DNA of 64,000 nt from Dendrobates tinctorius (lineage: Eukaryota), in the NCBI RefSeq assembly GCF_039654945.1, contig NW_027361731.1:25420001-25484000 (forward strand), given 5' to 3'. Under the pieces are notes generated by a model. It was not told the DNA's origin. It was given only the letters and a program-made list of their open reading frames with translations, and did not search any database. The position numbers were made by a program, and so were the translations under genes. Below, piece by piece: positions 1 through 13,300 of the stretch (position 1 is the first letter of the stretch; each line of letters starts with the position of its first letter).

Positions 1-686
1 TAGTTATATTCTTGTACATAGGGGGCAGTATTATAGTAGTTATATTCTTGTACATAGGGGGCAGTATTATAGTAGTTATATTCTTGTACATAGGGGGCAG
101 TATTATAGTAGTTATATTCTTGTACATAGGGGGCAGTATTATAGTAGTTATATTCTTGTACATAGGAGCAGTATTATAGTAGTTATATTCTTGTACATAG
201 GGGCAGTATTATAGTAGTTATATTCTTGTACATTGGGGCAGTATTATAGTGGTTATATTCTTGTACATAGGAGCAGTATTATAGTAGTTATATTCTTGTA
301 CATAGGAGCTGTATTATAGTAGTTATATTCTTGTACATAGGAGGCAGTATTATAGTAGCTATATTCTTGTATTATAGTAGTTATATTCTTGTACATTGGG
401 GCAGTATTATAGTAGTTATATTCTTGTACATAGGAGCAGTATTATAGTAGTTATATTCTTGTACATAGGAGCAGTATCATAGTAGTTATATTCTTGTACA
501 TAGGGGGCAGTATTATAGTAGTTATATTCTTGTATTACAGTAGTTATATTCTTGTACATAGGTGCCGTATTATAGTAGTTATATTCCTGTACATAGGGGC
601 AGTATTATAGTAGTTATATTCTTGCACATAGGACCAGTATTATAGTAGCTATATTCTTGTACATGGCGCAGTATTATAGTAGTTAT
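1..686. repeat. 35/36-bp minisatellite (GCAGTATTATAGTAGTTATATTCTTGTACATAGG[A/G/GG])
   Basis: Direct tandem copies; runs off the window start. Confidence 0.97.
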
Positions 687-2920
687 TATTATTATTATTT
701 ATTTATATAGCACCATTGATTCCATGGTGCTGTACATGAGAAGGGGTTACATACAAATTACAGATATCACTTACAGTAAACAAACTAACAATGACAGACT
801 GATATAGAGGGGAGAGAGGATCCTGCCCTTTCGGGCTTACATGCTACAGGATGGTGGGGAAGGAGACAGTAGGTTGGTGGGTTGCAGCAGTTCCGGTGTT
901 GGTTGAGGTGATATCACCAGTAGTGGTGAGAGAGAAGGAGGTAGCGGGGTCATTTCAGGCTGTAGGCTTTCTTGAAGAGGTGGTTTTTCAGGTTCCGTCT
1001 GAAGGATGCAAATGTGGTTGATAGTTGGACTTGTTGGGGCAAAGAATTCCAGAGAATAGGGGCTATTCGGAAGAAGTCTTGGAGGAGGTTGGGTGAGGAG
1101 CGATTAGTTCGGGCAGCACGGTGGCTCAGTGGTTAGCGCTGCAGCCTTGCAGCGCTGGGGTCCTGGGTTCGAATCCGACCAAGGACAACATCTGCAAGGA
1201 GTTTGTATGTTCTCCCCGTGTTTGCGTGGGTTTCCTCCGGGTACTCCGGTTTCCTCCCACACTCCAAAGACATACTGATAGGGAATTTAGATTGTGAGCC
1301 CTATTGGGGACAGCGATGAAAATGTGTGTAAAGCGCTGCGGAATATGTTAGCGCTATATAAAAATAAAGATTATTATTATTAGTTCAGAGACATATGGGG
1401 GAGACAGGTTATAGATGGCCTTGTAGGTCAGAATTAGTAATCTGAACTGGATACGCTGAGGGAATGGGAGCCAGTGAAGAGATTTGCAGAGGGGAGAAGC
1501 GGAGGAGTAGCGAGGAGAGAGATGAATTAGTCGGGCGGCAGAGTTAAGGATGGACTGGAGAGGTGCGAGGGTGTTAGCAGGGAGACCACAGAAAAGGATG
1601 TTGCAGTAGTCGAGGCGGGAGATGATGAGGGCATGCACAAGCATTTTAGTAGATTGAGGGTTGAGGAAAGGACAGATTCTGGAAATATTTTTGAGCTGGA
1701 GGCGACAGGAGGTAGAAAGAGTTTGGATGTGCGGTTTGAAGGACAGGGCAGAGTCAAAGGTTACTCCGAGGCAGCGGACTTCTGGTACTGGGGAAAGTGT
1801 GATGTCATTAATTGTTATAGCTAGGTCGGGTAAAGATGATCTGTGAGATGGAGGAAAGATGATGAGTTCAGATTTGTCTACATTGAGTTTGAGGAAGCGA
1901 GAGGAGAAGAAGGAGGATATGGCTGATAGACACTCTGGGATTCTGGACAGCAGAGAGGTGACATCTGGGCCAGAGAGGTAGATCTGAGTGTCATCAGCAT
2001 AAAGGTGGTAGTGGAATCCGTGGGACTTTATGAGTTGCCCCAGACCAAGTGTATAGATTGAGAAGAGTAGGGGTCCTAAAACAGAGCCTTGGGGGACTCC
2101 GACAGAGAGAGGGTGGGATGAGGAGGTGGTGTGGGAGTGGGAGACGCTGAATGTGCGGTTGGAAAGGTATGAGGAGATCCAGGATAGGGCAAGGCCTTTG
2201 ATGCCGAAGGAAGAGAGGATCTGTAGTAGGAGGCAGTGGTCAACTGTGTCAAATGCAGCGGACAGGTCTAGAAGCAGGAGTATAGAGTATTGTCCATTTG
2301 ATTTGGCTGTAAGTAGGTCGTTAGTAATTTTGGTCAGGGCTGTCTCAGTGGAGTGATGGGGGCGGAAACCAGATTGTAGATTGTCAAAGAGCAAGTTAGA
2401 TGATAGGTGGGAGGAAAGTTCAGCGTGGACGTGCTGCTCCAGGAGTTTGGAAGCGAATGGAAGCAATGATATTGGGCGATAGCTGGACATAGCGGTTGGG
2501 TCGAGGGTTGGCTTTTTAAGGATAGGTGTGATTGTGGCATGCTTGAAAGCAGAAGGGAAGGTACTGGATGTTAGTGATAGGTTGAAGAGGTGGGTTAGGG
2601 ATGGGATAAGTGTGGTGGTGAGGTTGGGGAGGAGGTGCGATGGGATGGGATCAAGTGCACAGGTTGTAAGGTGCGATTTGGAGAAGAGGCCACTAAGCTC
2701 CCCTTCAGTGATGTTGGAGAGTGAGGTTATGGGGTTTGGGCATTGGTCTGGTATACAAAGGGGTTGTGGTGGTTGAGTGATGAAGACTTGCCATGTTTGG
2801 TCAATCTTGTTTTTAAAGTGTGTGGCAAAGTCCTCGGCAGAGATGAGGGAGGTTGGAGGAGGCAGTGGTGGGCGGAGGAGGGAGTTAAAAGTTTTGAATA
2901 ACTGTTTTGGGTTGTAAGAT
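687..2920 (-). mobile_element. 5'-truncated L2-clade LINE (RT region plus 3'UTR, (TAA)n tail)
   Basis: ORF 1354..2985 has RT motifs [14 protein letters not shown] and [15 protein letters not shown]; C-terminus ...LKNHLFKKAYSLK* ends at 950; tail at ~687-705; AGTATTATAGTAGTTAT on both sides (670-686, 2921-2937) fits a TSD within the satellite. Confidence 0.9.
1111..1378 (+). mobile_element. tRNA-derived SINE (V-SINE-like) inserted in the L2
   Basis: A box TGGCTCAGTGG, B box GGTTCGAATCC, core GTTTGTATGTTCTCCCCGTG...CCTCCCACACTCCAAAGACAT, (ATT)n tail, TSD ATTAGTTC at 1103-1110 and 1379-1386. Confidence 0.9.
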
Positions 2921-3315
2921 AGTATTATAGTAGTTATATTCTTGTACATAGGGGGCAGTATTATAGTAGTTATATTCTTGTACATAGGGGCAGTATTATA
3001 GTAGTTATATTCTTGTACATAGGGGCAGTATTATAGTAGTTATATTCTTGTACATAGGGGCAGTATTATAGTAGTTATATTCTTGTACATAGGGGGCAGT
3101 ATTATAGTAGTTATATTCTTGTACATAGGGAGCAGTATTATAGTAGTTATATTCTTGTACATAGGGGGCAGTATTATAGTAGTTATATTCTTATACATAG
3201 GAGCAGTATTATAGTAGTTATATTCTTGTACATAGGGGCAGTATTATAGTAGTTATATTCTTGTACATAGGGGCAGTATTATAGTAGTTATATTCTTGTA
3301 CATAGGGGCAGTACT
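2921..3315. repeat. 35/36-bp minisatellite (continuation)
   Basis: Same unit; ends ~27 nt from an exon donor. Confidence 0.97.
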
Positions 3316-3342
3316 AAAAGAATACCTTTCTATAGAACTTAC

Positions 3343-3768
3343 TGCAATTTTGGCTTTGATGGTGGACAGTTTCTCCTCTGCGGCTGCCAATTCGGCATTT
3401 GCTTTGTTCAGAGCTTGGCGTTTGGGCTCCACCTCACAGAAAACCTCGTAGAACTTGACGATATTGATAACCCAGGAGCACAGTCCAGCAGCGGCGAGGG
3501 ATTTGGAGGCAATGAATTCTGGGTTGAATTCTGTGTCTTTCAGGTAAGGCTGAATGGCTTTTATGCAGTTTTCATGTATATTTTCCTTATTAAAGTTTAT
3601 TAAGCAGTCTAAGAAGCCGTCGACTTTGCCCATGACCACTCTGGCGGCTTTCCAGCTCCTGTCCTTGGGGACTTTGCCACCAGGGGCAGTGAGGACCATG
3701 ACAGCTGCCGTGACATTGGTGACAGCGGAAGGTGGGGAACCGAAAGACTTCAACTCTGTCAAATTGTT
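3343..3768 (-). CDS. dnah9: Dynein heavy chain exon (426 nt): NNLTELKSF...GLCSWVINI...KAKIA (microtubule-binding domain / coiled coil 2)
   Basis: AG acceptor at 3770-3769, donor GTAAGT at 3342; phase 0 to 0. Confidence 0.95.
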
Positions 3769-3852
3769 CTGTCAAGACAAATAAATAGATTAGTGCAGAA
3801 TCAGAGAGACCTCTGGCGACACAGACGCAGCCCCCCATACTTTTGGCAGTAC

Positions 3853-4113
3853 CTTGTTGAGGGTGTTCAGGGCTTCCTGAGCTGCCACTAAAGCCGGTTC
3901 AGCTTTAGCCAAATCCGTCTCGCAGTCCCTCTGCTTCTTCCCGACCTCCTCTGCTATGACGGCCACCTTCTTTTCCTCTTCATCAGCCATGGCTTTCTCT
4001 TTTCCCACCTTCTCGGCCTCTACCCCAACAACCTGGATCAGTTTATCTGCATCCTCGTTCTTCTGTTTTAGCTCCACCTCTTGTGCTGCGAGTTTGGCTT
4101 TCAGATCATCGAC
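3853..4113 (-). CDS. dnah9: Dynein heavy chain exon (261 nt): VDDLKAKL...AEPAL...LNTLNK (stalk coiled coil 1)
   Basis: AG/GT boundaries; phase 0 to 0. Confidence 0.95.
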
Positions 4114-4324
4114 CTGTCACGGGAGACATTGGTATCATTTCATAGGTAACTCGGACCCCGTTGACACATGTCTTCCCGACTTGGGACCCACGCAGTTTTA
4201 AATGTATTTTTCAGTTGTCTCTGAGCTAGTGGGTGAAGAGTAGCTGCTATGATGTCTCCCATACACAGCACACACAGACATGAGGGACACCTGCTCGCCT
4301 GTCTCTATGTAGCACAAGTTCAGA

Positions 4325-5945
4325 TGCAGCAGCATGGAGGACATTATACAGGAGTACTGAGCAGTGTAACTGTGAATCCAACTCTGAGTCAAGATAAAAC
4401 ACTAAAAAGTGTTAGCAAGGAGTGTATTACACAACAGTATTGAGCAGTGTAGCTGTGATTTTAGCACTAAGGTGAAATTAAATGTCTACTAGAAAACAGC
4501 ATCAGCTTAATTGAGGACATTATATTGTAATAATGAGCTGCGTAGCTGGGAATCCAGCTTGGGAGAGAGATGAAACATTTATTAAGAAACAGAAGCAACA
4601 TGGAGGGCATTATAGCAAAGTACTGAGCAGCTTTGTTGGACTGAGCTGACAGGGCACCACTAGTGAAGAACGAGTATACTCGTTATTCGAGATTAAAGAA
4701 TAGTAAAATAGATCCTTTGTGGGATACTGATGCTAAGGCCAGCACCCCAGAGACACTTGGAGAAACCCGGATTACCCGGAAAAATACTGCTGGAGTAGCC
4801 AATACGGAGAAGTATCTGAAGCCATATCAATCTCTAAGCGGAGGATTGTGACTCATCTCCGGGGCATTTATCCCGTTAATGGACAGTATCCGCATTCCAG
4901 GACTACTTCATCCTCTGTGTGGTGGATTGTTTTATGGATCTTTCAGTTTACATGTAATAAAGGTTCTTGGGACTGTTCACTCTGTTGATTGAGTGATACC
5001 GGAGTAGGACCCCGTGACATTCACTGTTTTACTATATGCAAATATTATATTAACCTCATTCAGAAATTTATTTCTGCTTCTATACAATAAAGAACTAAAT
5101 TTGGTAAATAAATGATTAGATGCTGCCACTGTCTGTACATGGTGAACCAAGATTATTGTGCCAACTACTGTTCATATAGTGAGGTTGAATGACCCTTCCT
5201 GCACAGGGGCCCGCCAGGCTATATCCCTGTTCCCTCTGTGAGCCAATTTCCACTGTTCTTTCTGTGAGGGAATCTGAGCCTGGTAAGTAGTGTCGCTGTG
5301 AATACAGCACTTACTGGGATAAAATTCTTATTAGAAAGCACCAGAATAGAATATGTTATACAACAACAGAGAGCAGTGTAGATGTGAATCCAGCTCTGGG
5401 GTGACATAAAACACTTGCCCGAAATAAGCAGCATAAAAAACATTGTACAGCTGTACTGAGCAGTGTAGAGGTGAATCCTGTATTAGGATGAAATAAAGCA
5501 CCTACTAGAAATAAGCAGCATGAAGGACATCATATAGCAGTACTTAGCAGAGTCGAATTGAATCCTGTACTGGATTACAATTAAACACCTGCTAGATTGA
5601 CGCAATATGGAGGACATTATACAGCAGTAGTCAGCAGGCTGGCTGTGAATCCAGCATAGGGTAGAGATAAAATGCTTATTAGAAACCATAGGCATTATAC
5701 AACAGCAATGAGCAGTGTACATGTGAATCCAGCTCTAGAGTGAGATAAAACACTTATTTGTGGAAAAATCTGCAGTATAGAGTACATTAAAGATCTGTAG
5801 TGAGCAGGTAAGGGGTCAATCCAGTTCTGGGTAAGAAACAACACTTTCTAGAAAGTAGCAGTATGGGGGACATTATAGATCTGTACTGAGCAGAGTAACT
5901 GAGATTCCAGCACTAGGTTGAGATAAAACACTTGTTGGAAAGCAG
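4325..5945. repeat. Degenerate ~80-bp tandem repeat, interrupted at ~4640-5300
   Basis: Recurring ACTGAGCAGTGTAG..GTGAATCCAGC...GAGATAAAACACTT...AGCAGCATGGAGGACATTATA motifs. Confidence 0.7.
4860..5019 (+). mobile_element. LTR 3' fragment related to the element at 31054-31536
   Basis: Shares AATAAAGGT...TGTTCACTCT...GTTGATTG.GTGATACC.GAG.AGGACCC.GTGACA with the end of that element; left boundary approximate. Confidence 0.55.
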
Positions 5946-6800
5946 GGATCTCTTTTTCTCTGCTTCTTTCCCCTCCCTGCTACATAAACTTCAGTAAGCA
6001 GCTATAATCTGATTTCTCAGTGATCTTGACTTCGGTAGGACCAAATGAAGCAGTTTCTTATCAGCGTGAATGATGAAAGCAGTGAGATGAGAAGTGGCTC
6101 ATGAATGGAGAAAGACAAATAATTACCTGCTGAGGTATATTTTCTTATATTGTTCCATAGTACTATTAATATATTTAAAGTTTGTGGAAACGATAATGAC
6201 TATTTAATGGTTGTCGATAAGACCTCATCATGTTTCTCCATTTTTTGTTGGCGAGATAAAGCGCGGGTGTAAGCGGAATGTGCTGCAATTCTCACAATTG
6301 CTGGGGAAACAATCTTTTAAGTCTATGGAGAGAACTTAGGAATTGAAATGTTGGTTGTGGAGATATGAGGCGCGAGGTGCGTCATGACCGGCTGTGGTGG
6401 CAGCGAGGCGGTCTGATATCATGTAGAAGTCTGAGATTAAAAGGGTAGAGAGTCATATGGGATTAACCTTACGGCGGTACAGAATTGTTGGAGCAATTAC
6501 TGAGAGGAGACGTCGGCAGCACAGAGGCTCGGGAGATTATATAGGTTCTGGAACAGAATATATTACTCGTACTCATATGGTCAGGTGTCGTGTCAGACTG
6601 AATAACACTGTGCCCACCGAGGATTTGATTCTGAGGGCCCACCTTTCTCCCCAACTCAAGCCCCATAGCAGATGCAAGGTTTGCACTATAACCTATCCTG
6701 AAGGAGGAGAAGTCACGGCCTACCGGAGGATTCTCCAGTTCTCCGATGGGCCAGTCCAGTCCTGGCCAGATGCTCTGCCGTGTACAGTGCTGGGTCATAC

Positions 6801-7034
6801 CTGGGCGGAGGTACTGTTCAGCTTCTCCAAGCCGTTCTCCAGACGCTCCATCTTGGCAGAGAGCTCCTTGCGCTTCTTGCTCAGTAGGTTCTGGTAGAGC
6901 TTGATCTGCTCCAGGAAAGACTTGGGGGTGGTGTAATTGTAGCGCCGCTCGTTGCCCAGGTAAGATTTGGACATCTCGTTCACACTGGTGTGCACGTACG
7001 CCATGAACTTACTGATGGAGTCCTTCACAGGAGC
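6801..7034 (-). CDS. dnah9: Dynein heavy chain exon (234 nt): APVKDS...YTTPKSFLE...[11 protein letters not shown]
   Basis: AG/GT boundaries; phase 0 to 0; start of the stalk. Confidence 0.95.
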
Positions 7035-7129
7035 CTGAGGGGGGAGCAAATAAAAACAGAAATGCAGAAAAAAAAAAAATACCACCTGTGCCAAATCACA
7101 AAAAGCTGCAGGAGGGATTGGAACCTCAC

Positions 7130-7291
7130 CTCAATGTACTCAGTTTCCTGGAGGAAGCGCAAGCTGACGGACTCCAGCGCCTCCTGTGGCCACTCATGGA
7201 ACCAGTTAATCGCGGTGCAGTTTACCACGGAAGGAAATTTTCTACTACGAACCCGTAACTTATTACCAACCGGAGAGAAACAGAGAGCAAC
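7130..7291 (-). CDS. dnah9: Dynein heavy chain exon (162 nt): VALCFSPVG...[10 protein letters not shown]...EYIE
   Basis: AG/GT boundaries; phase 0 to 0; preceded by a 21,080-nt intron. Confidence 0.95.
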
Positions 7292-7399
7292 CTACAAGGG
7301 AGAAAGAGAAACAGGTGAGTACGAGAAATGGGAAATATTCCTCATATATCAGAGGTCTATATGCAAAGATATTACAGGTCATAACAACTATCTATAGTG

Positions 7400-10300
7400 G
7401 ACAGTATTATAAAAGTTATATTCTTGTACACAGGGGAGTAGTATTATAAAAGTTATATTCTTGTACACAGGGGAGCAGTATTATACGAAGGTATATTCTT
7501 GTACATAGGAGCAGTATTATAGTAGTTATATTCTTGTACATAGTGGGCAGTATTATAGTAGATATATTCTTGTACATAGGGACAGTATTATAGTAGTTAT
7601 ATTCTTGTACATAATAATAATAATAATAATAATATTTATTTTTTTTATATAGTGCTAACATATTCCGCAGCGCTTTACAGTTTGCACACATTATCATCAC
7701 TGTCCCCGATGAGGCTCACAATCTAAATTCCCTATCAGTATGTCTTTAGAGTGTGGGAGGAAACCGGAGCACCCGGAGGAAACCCACGCAGACACGGGGA
7801 GAACATACAAACTCCTTGCAGATGTTGTCCTTGGTGGGATTCGAACCCAGGACCCCAGCGCTGCAAGGCTGCAGTGGTAACCACTGAGCCACCGTGCTGC
7901 CCCGTAGGGGGCAGTATTATAGTAGTTATATTCTTGTACATAGGGGGAGTATTATAGTAGTTATATTCTTGTACATAGGAGCAGTATTATAGTAGTTATA
8001 TTCTTGTACATAGGGGGCAGTATTATAGTAGATATATTCTTGTACATATGGGCAGTATTATAGTAGTTATATTCTTGTACATAGGAGCAGTATTATAGTA
8101 GTTATATTCTTGTACATAGGGGCAGTATTATAGTAGTTATATTCTTGTATATAGGAGCAGTATTATAGTAGTTATATTCTTGTACATAGGGACAGTATTA
8201 TAGTAGTTATATTCTTGTACATAGGGGCAGTATTATAGTAGTTATATTCTTGTACATAGGAGCAGTATTATAGTAGTTATATTCTTGTACATAGGGGGCA
8301 GTATTATAGTAGATATATTCTTGTACATATGGGCAGTATTATAGTAGTTATATTCTTGTACATAGGAGCAGTATTATAGTAGTTATATTCTTGTACATAG
8401 GGGCAGTATTATAGTAGTTATATTCTTCTATATAGGAGCAGTATTATAGTAGTTATATTCTTGTACATTGGGACAGTATTATAGTAGTTATATTCTTGTA
8501 CATAGGGGCAGTATTATAGTAGTTATATTCTTGTACATAGGAGCAGTATTATAGTAGTTATATTCTTGTACATAGGGGGCAGTATTATAGTAGATATATT
8601 CTTGTACATATGGGCAGTATTATAGTAGTTATATTCTTGTACATAGGAGCAGTATTATAGTAGTTATATTCTTGTACATAGGGGCAGTATTATAGTAGTT
8701 ATATTCTTGTATATAGGAGCAGTATTATAGTAGTTATATTCTTGTACATAGGGACAGTATTATAGTAGTTATATTCTTGTACATAGGAGCAGTATTATAG
8801 TAGTTATATTCTTGTACATAGGGGGCAGTATTATAGTAGATATATTCTTGTACATAGGGACAGTATTATAGTAGTTATATTCTTGTACATAGGAGCAGTA
8901 TTATAGTAGTTATATTCTTGTACATAGGGGCAGTATTATAGTAGTTATATTCTTGTATATAGGAGCAGTATTATAGTAGTTATATTCTTGTACATAGGGA
9001 CAGTATTATAGTAGTTATATTCTTGTACATAGGAGCAGTATTATAGTAGTTATATTCTTGTACATAGGGGGCAGTATTATATTCTTGTACATATGGGCAG
9101 TATTATAGTAGTTATATTCTTGTACATAGGAGCAGTATTATAGTAGTTATATTCTTGTACATAGGGGCAGTATTATAGTAGTTATATTCTTGTATATAGG
9201 AGCAGTATTATAGTAGTTATATTCTTGTACATAGGGACAGTATTATAGTAGTTATATTCTTGTACATAGGGGCAGTATTATAGTAGTTATATTCTTGTAC
9301 ATAGGAGCAGTATTATAGTAGTTATATTCTTGTACATAGGGGGCAGTATTATAGTAGATATATTCTTGTACATATGGGCAGTATTATAGTAGTTATATTC
9401 TTGTACATAGGAGCAGTATTATAGTAGTTATATTCTTGTACATAGGGGCAGTATTATAGTAGTTATATTCTTGTATATAGGAGCAGTATTATAGTAGTTA
9501 TATTCTTGTACATAGGGACAGTATTATAGTAGTTATATTCTTGTACATAGGAGCAGTATTATAGTAGTTATATTCTTGTACATAGGGGGCAGTATTATAG
9601 TAGATATATTCATGTACATAGGGACAGTATTATAGTAGTTATATTCTTGTACATAGGAGCAGTATTATAGTAGTTATATTCTTGTACATAGGGGCAGTAT
9701 TATAGTAGTTATATTCTTGTATATAGGAGCAGTATTATAGTAGTTATATTCTTGTACATAGGGACAGTATTATAGTAGTTATATTCTTGTACATAGGAGC
9801 AGTATTATAGTAGTTATATTCTTGTACATAGGGGGCAGTATTATAGTAGATATATTCTTGTACATATGGGCAGTATTATAGTAGTTATATTCTTGTACAT
9901 AGGAGCAGTATTATAGTAGTTATATTCTTGTACATAGGGGCAGTATTATAGTAGTTATATTCTTGTATATAGGAGCAGTATTATAGTAGTTATATTCTTG
10001 TACATAGGGACAGTATTATAGTAGTTATATTCTTGTACATAGGGGCAGTATTATAGTAGTTATATTCTTGTACATAGGAGCAGTATTATAGTAGTTATAT
10101 TCTTGTACATAGGGGGCAGTATTATAGTAGATATATTCTTGTACATATGGGCAGTATTATAGTAGTTATATTCTTGTACATAGGAGCAGTATTATAGTAG
10201 TTATATTCTTGTACATAGGGGCAGTATTATAGTAGTTATATTCTTGTATATAGGAGCAGTATTATAGTAGTTATATTCTTGTACATTGGGACAGTATTAT

Positions 10301-13300
10301 AGTAGTTATATTCTTGTACATAGGGGCAGTATTATAGTAGTTATATTCTTGTACATAGGAGCAGTATTATAGTAGTTATATTCTTGTACATAGGGGGCAG
10401 TATTATAGTAGATATATTCTTGTACATATGGGCAGTATTATAGTAGTTATATTCTTGTACATAGGAGCAGTATTATAGTAGTTATATTCTTGTACATAGG
10501 GGCAGTATTATAGTAGTTATATTCTTGTATATAGGAGCAGTATTATAGTAGTTATATTCTTGTACATAGGGACAGTATTATAGTAGTTATATTCTTGTAC
10601 ATAGGAGCAGTATTATAGTAGTTATATTCTTGTACATAGGGGGCAGTATTATAGTAGATATATTCTTGTACATAGGGACAGTATTATAGTAGTTATATTC
10701 TTGTACATAGGAGCAGTATTATAGTAGTTATATTCTTGTACATAGGGGCAGTATTATAGTAGTTATATTCTTGTATATAGGAGCAGTATTATAGTAGTTA
10801 TATTCTTGTACATAGGGACAGTATTATAGTAGTTATATTCTTGTACATAGGAGCAGTATTATAGTAGTTATATTCTTGTACATAGGGGGCAGTATTATAT
10901 TCTTGTACATATGGGCAGTATTATAGTAGTTATATTCTTGTACATAGGAGCAGTATTATAGTAGTTATATTCTTGTACATAGGGGCAGTATTATAGTAGT
11001 TATATTCTTGTATATAGGAGCAGTATTATAGTAGTTATATTCTTGTACATAGGGACAGTATTATAGTAGTTATATTCTTGTACATAGGGGCAGTATTATA
11101 GTAGTTATATTCTTGTACATAGGAGCAGTATTATAGTAGTTATATTCTTGTACATAGGGGGCAGTATTATAGTAGATATATTCTTGTACATATGGGCAGT
11201 ATTATAGTAGTTATATTCTTGTACATAGGAGCAGTATTATAGTAGTTATATTCTTGTACATAGGGGCAGTATTATAGTAGTTATATTCTTGTATATAGGA
11301 GCAGTATTATAGTAGTTATATTCTTGTACATAGGGACAGTATTATAGTAGTTATATTCTTGTACATAGGAGCAGTATTATAGTAGTTATATTCTTGTACA
11401 TAGGGGGCAGTATTATAGTAGATATATTCATGTACATAGGGACAGTATTATAGTAGTTATATTCTTGTACATAGGAGCAGTATTATAGTAGTTATATTCT
11501 TGTACATAGGGGCAGTATTATAGTAGTTATATTCTTGTATATAGGAGCAGTATTATAGTAGTTATATTCTTGTACATAGGGACAGTATTATAGTAGTTAT
11601 ATTCTTGTACATAGGAGCAGTATTATAGTAGTTATATTCTTGTACATAGGGGGCAGTATTATAGTAGATATATTCTTGTACATAGGGACAGTATTATAGT
11701 AGTTATATTCTTGTACATAGGGAGCAGTATTATAGTAGTTATATACTTGTACATAGGAGCAGTATTATAGTAGTTATATTCTTGTACATAGGGGCAGTAT
11801 TATAGTAGTTATATTCTTGTATATAGGAGCAGTATTATAGTAGTTATATTCTTGTACATTGGGACAGTATTATAGTAGTTATATTCTTGTACATAGGGGC
11901 AGTATTATAGTAGTTATATTCTTGTACATAGGAGCAGTATTATAGTAGTTATATTCTTGTACATAGGGGCAGTATTATAGTAGTTATATTCTTGTATATA
12001 GGAGCAGTATTATAGTAGTTATATTCTTGTACATAGGAGCAGTATTATAGTAGTTATATTCTTGTACATATGGGCAGTATTATAGTAGTTATATTCTTGT
12101 ACATAGGAGCAGTATTATAGTAGTTATATTCTTGTACATAGGGGCAGTATTATAGTAGTTATATTCTTGTATATAGGAGCAGTATTATAGTAGTTATATT
12201 CTTGTACATAGGGACAGTATTATAGTAGTTATATTCTTGTACATAGGAGCAGTATTATAGTAGTTATATTCTTGTACATAGGGGGCAGTATTATAGTAGA
12301 TATATTCTTGTACATAGGGACAGTATTATAGTAGTTATATTCTTGTACATAGGAGCAGTATTATAGTAGTTATATTCTTGTACATAGGGGCAGTATTATA
12401 GTAGTTATATTCTTGTATATAGGAGCAGTATTATAGTAGTTATATTCTTGTACATAGGGACAGTATTATAGTAGTTATATTCTTGTACATAGGAGCAGTA
12501 TTATAGTAGTTATATTCTTGTACATAGGGGGCAGTATTATATTCTTGTACATATGGGCAGTATTATAGTAGTTATATTCTTGTACATAGGAGCAGTATTA
12601 TAGTAGTTATATTCTTGTACATAGGGGCAGTATTATAGTAGTTATATTCTTGTATATAGGAGCAGTATTATAGTAGTTATATTCTTGTACATAGGGACAG
12701 TATTATAGTAGTTATATTCTTGTACATAGGGGCAGTATTATAGTAGTTATATTCTTGTACATAGGAGCAGTATTATAGTAGTTATATTCTTGTACATAGG
12801 GGGCAGTATTATAGTAGATATATTCTTGTACATATGGGCAGTATTATAGTAGTTATATTCTTGTACATAGGAGCAGTATTATAGTAGTTATATTCTTGTA
12901 CATAGGGGCAGTATTATAGTAGTTATATTCTTGTATATAGGAGCAGTATTATAGCAGTTATATTCTTGTACATAGGGACAGTATTATAGTAGTTATATTC
13001 TTGTACATAGGAGCAGTATTATAGTAGTTATATTCTTGTACATAGGGGGCAGTATTATAGTAGATATATTCATGTACATAGGGACAGTATTATAGTAGTT
13101 ATATTCTTGTACATAGGAGCAGTATTATAGTAGTTATATTCTTGTACATAGGGGCAGTATTATAGTAGTTATATTCTTGTATATAGGAGCAGTATTATAG
13201 TAGTTATATTCTTGTACATAGGGACAGTATTATAGTAGTTATATTCTTGTACATAGGAGCAGTATTATAGTAGTTATATTCTTGTACATAGGGGGCAGTA

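Noticed and set aside
1111-1190. tRNA gene
   Set aside because: The A/B boxes belong to a SINE head followed by SINE core, tail and TSD; a second copy is at 7614-7902.
4660-4700. Possible transposon terminus (TAGTGAAGAACGAGTATACTCGTT)
   Set aside because: Short palindrome with no matching opposite end or TSD found.
7482-7494. TATACGAAGGTAT matches a loxP arm at 12 of 13 positions (also 27743-27755)
   Set aside because: Only one arm with no inverted partner; it is a few mutations away from the satellite consensus TATAGTAGTTAT.
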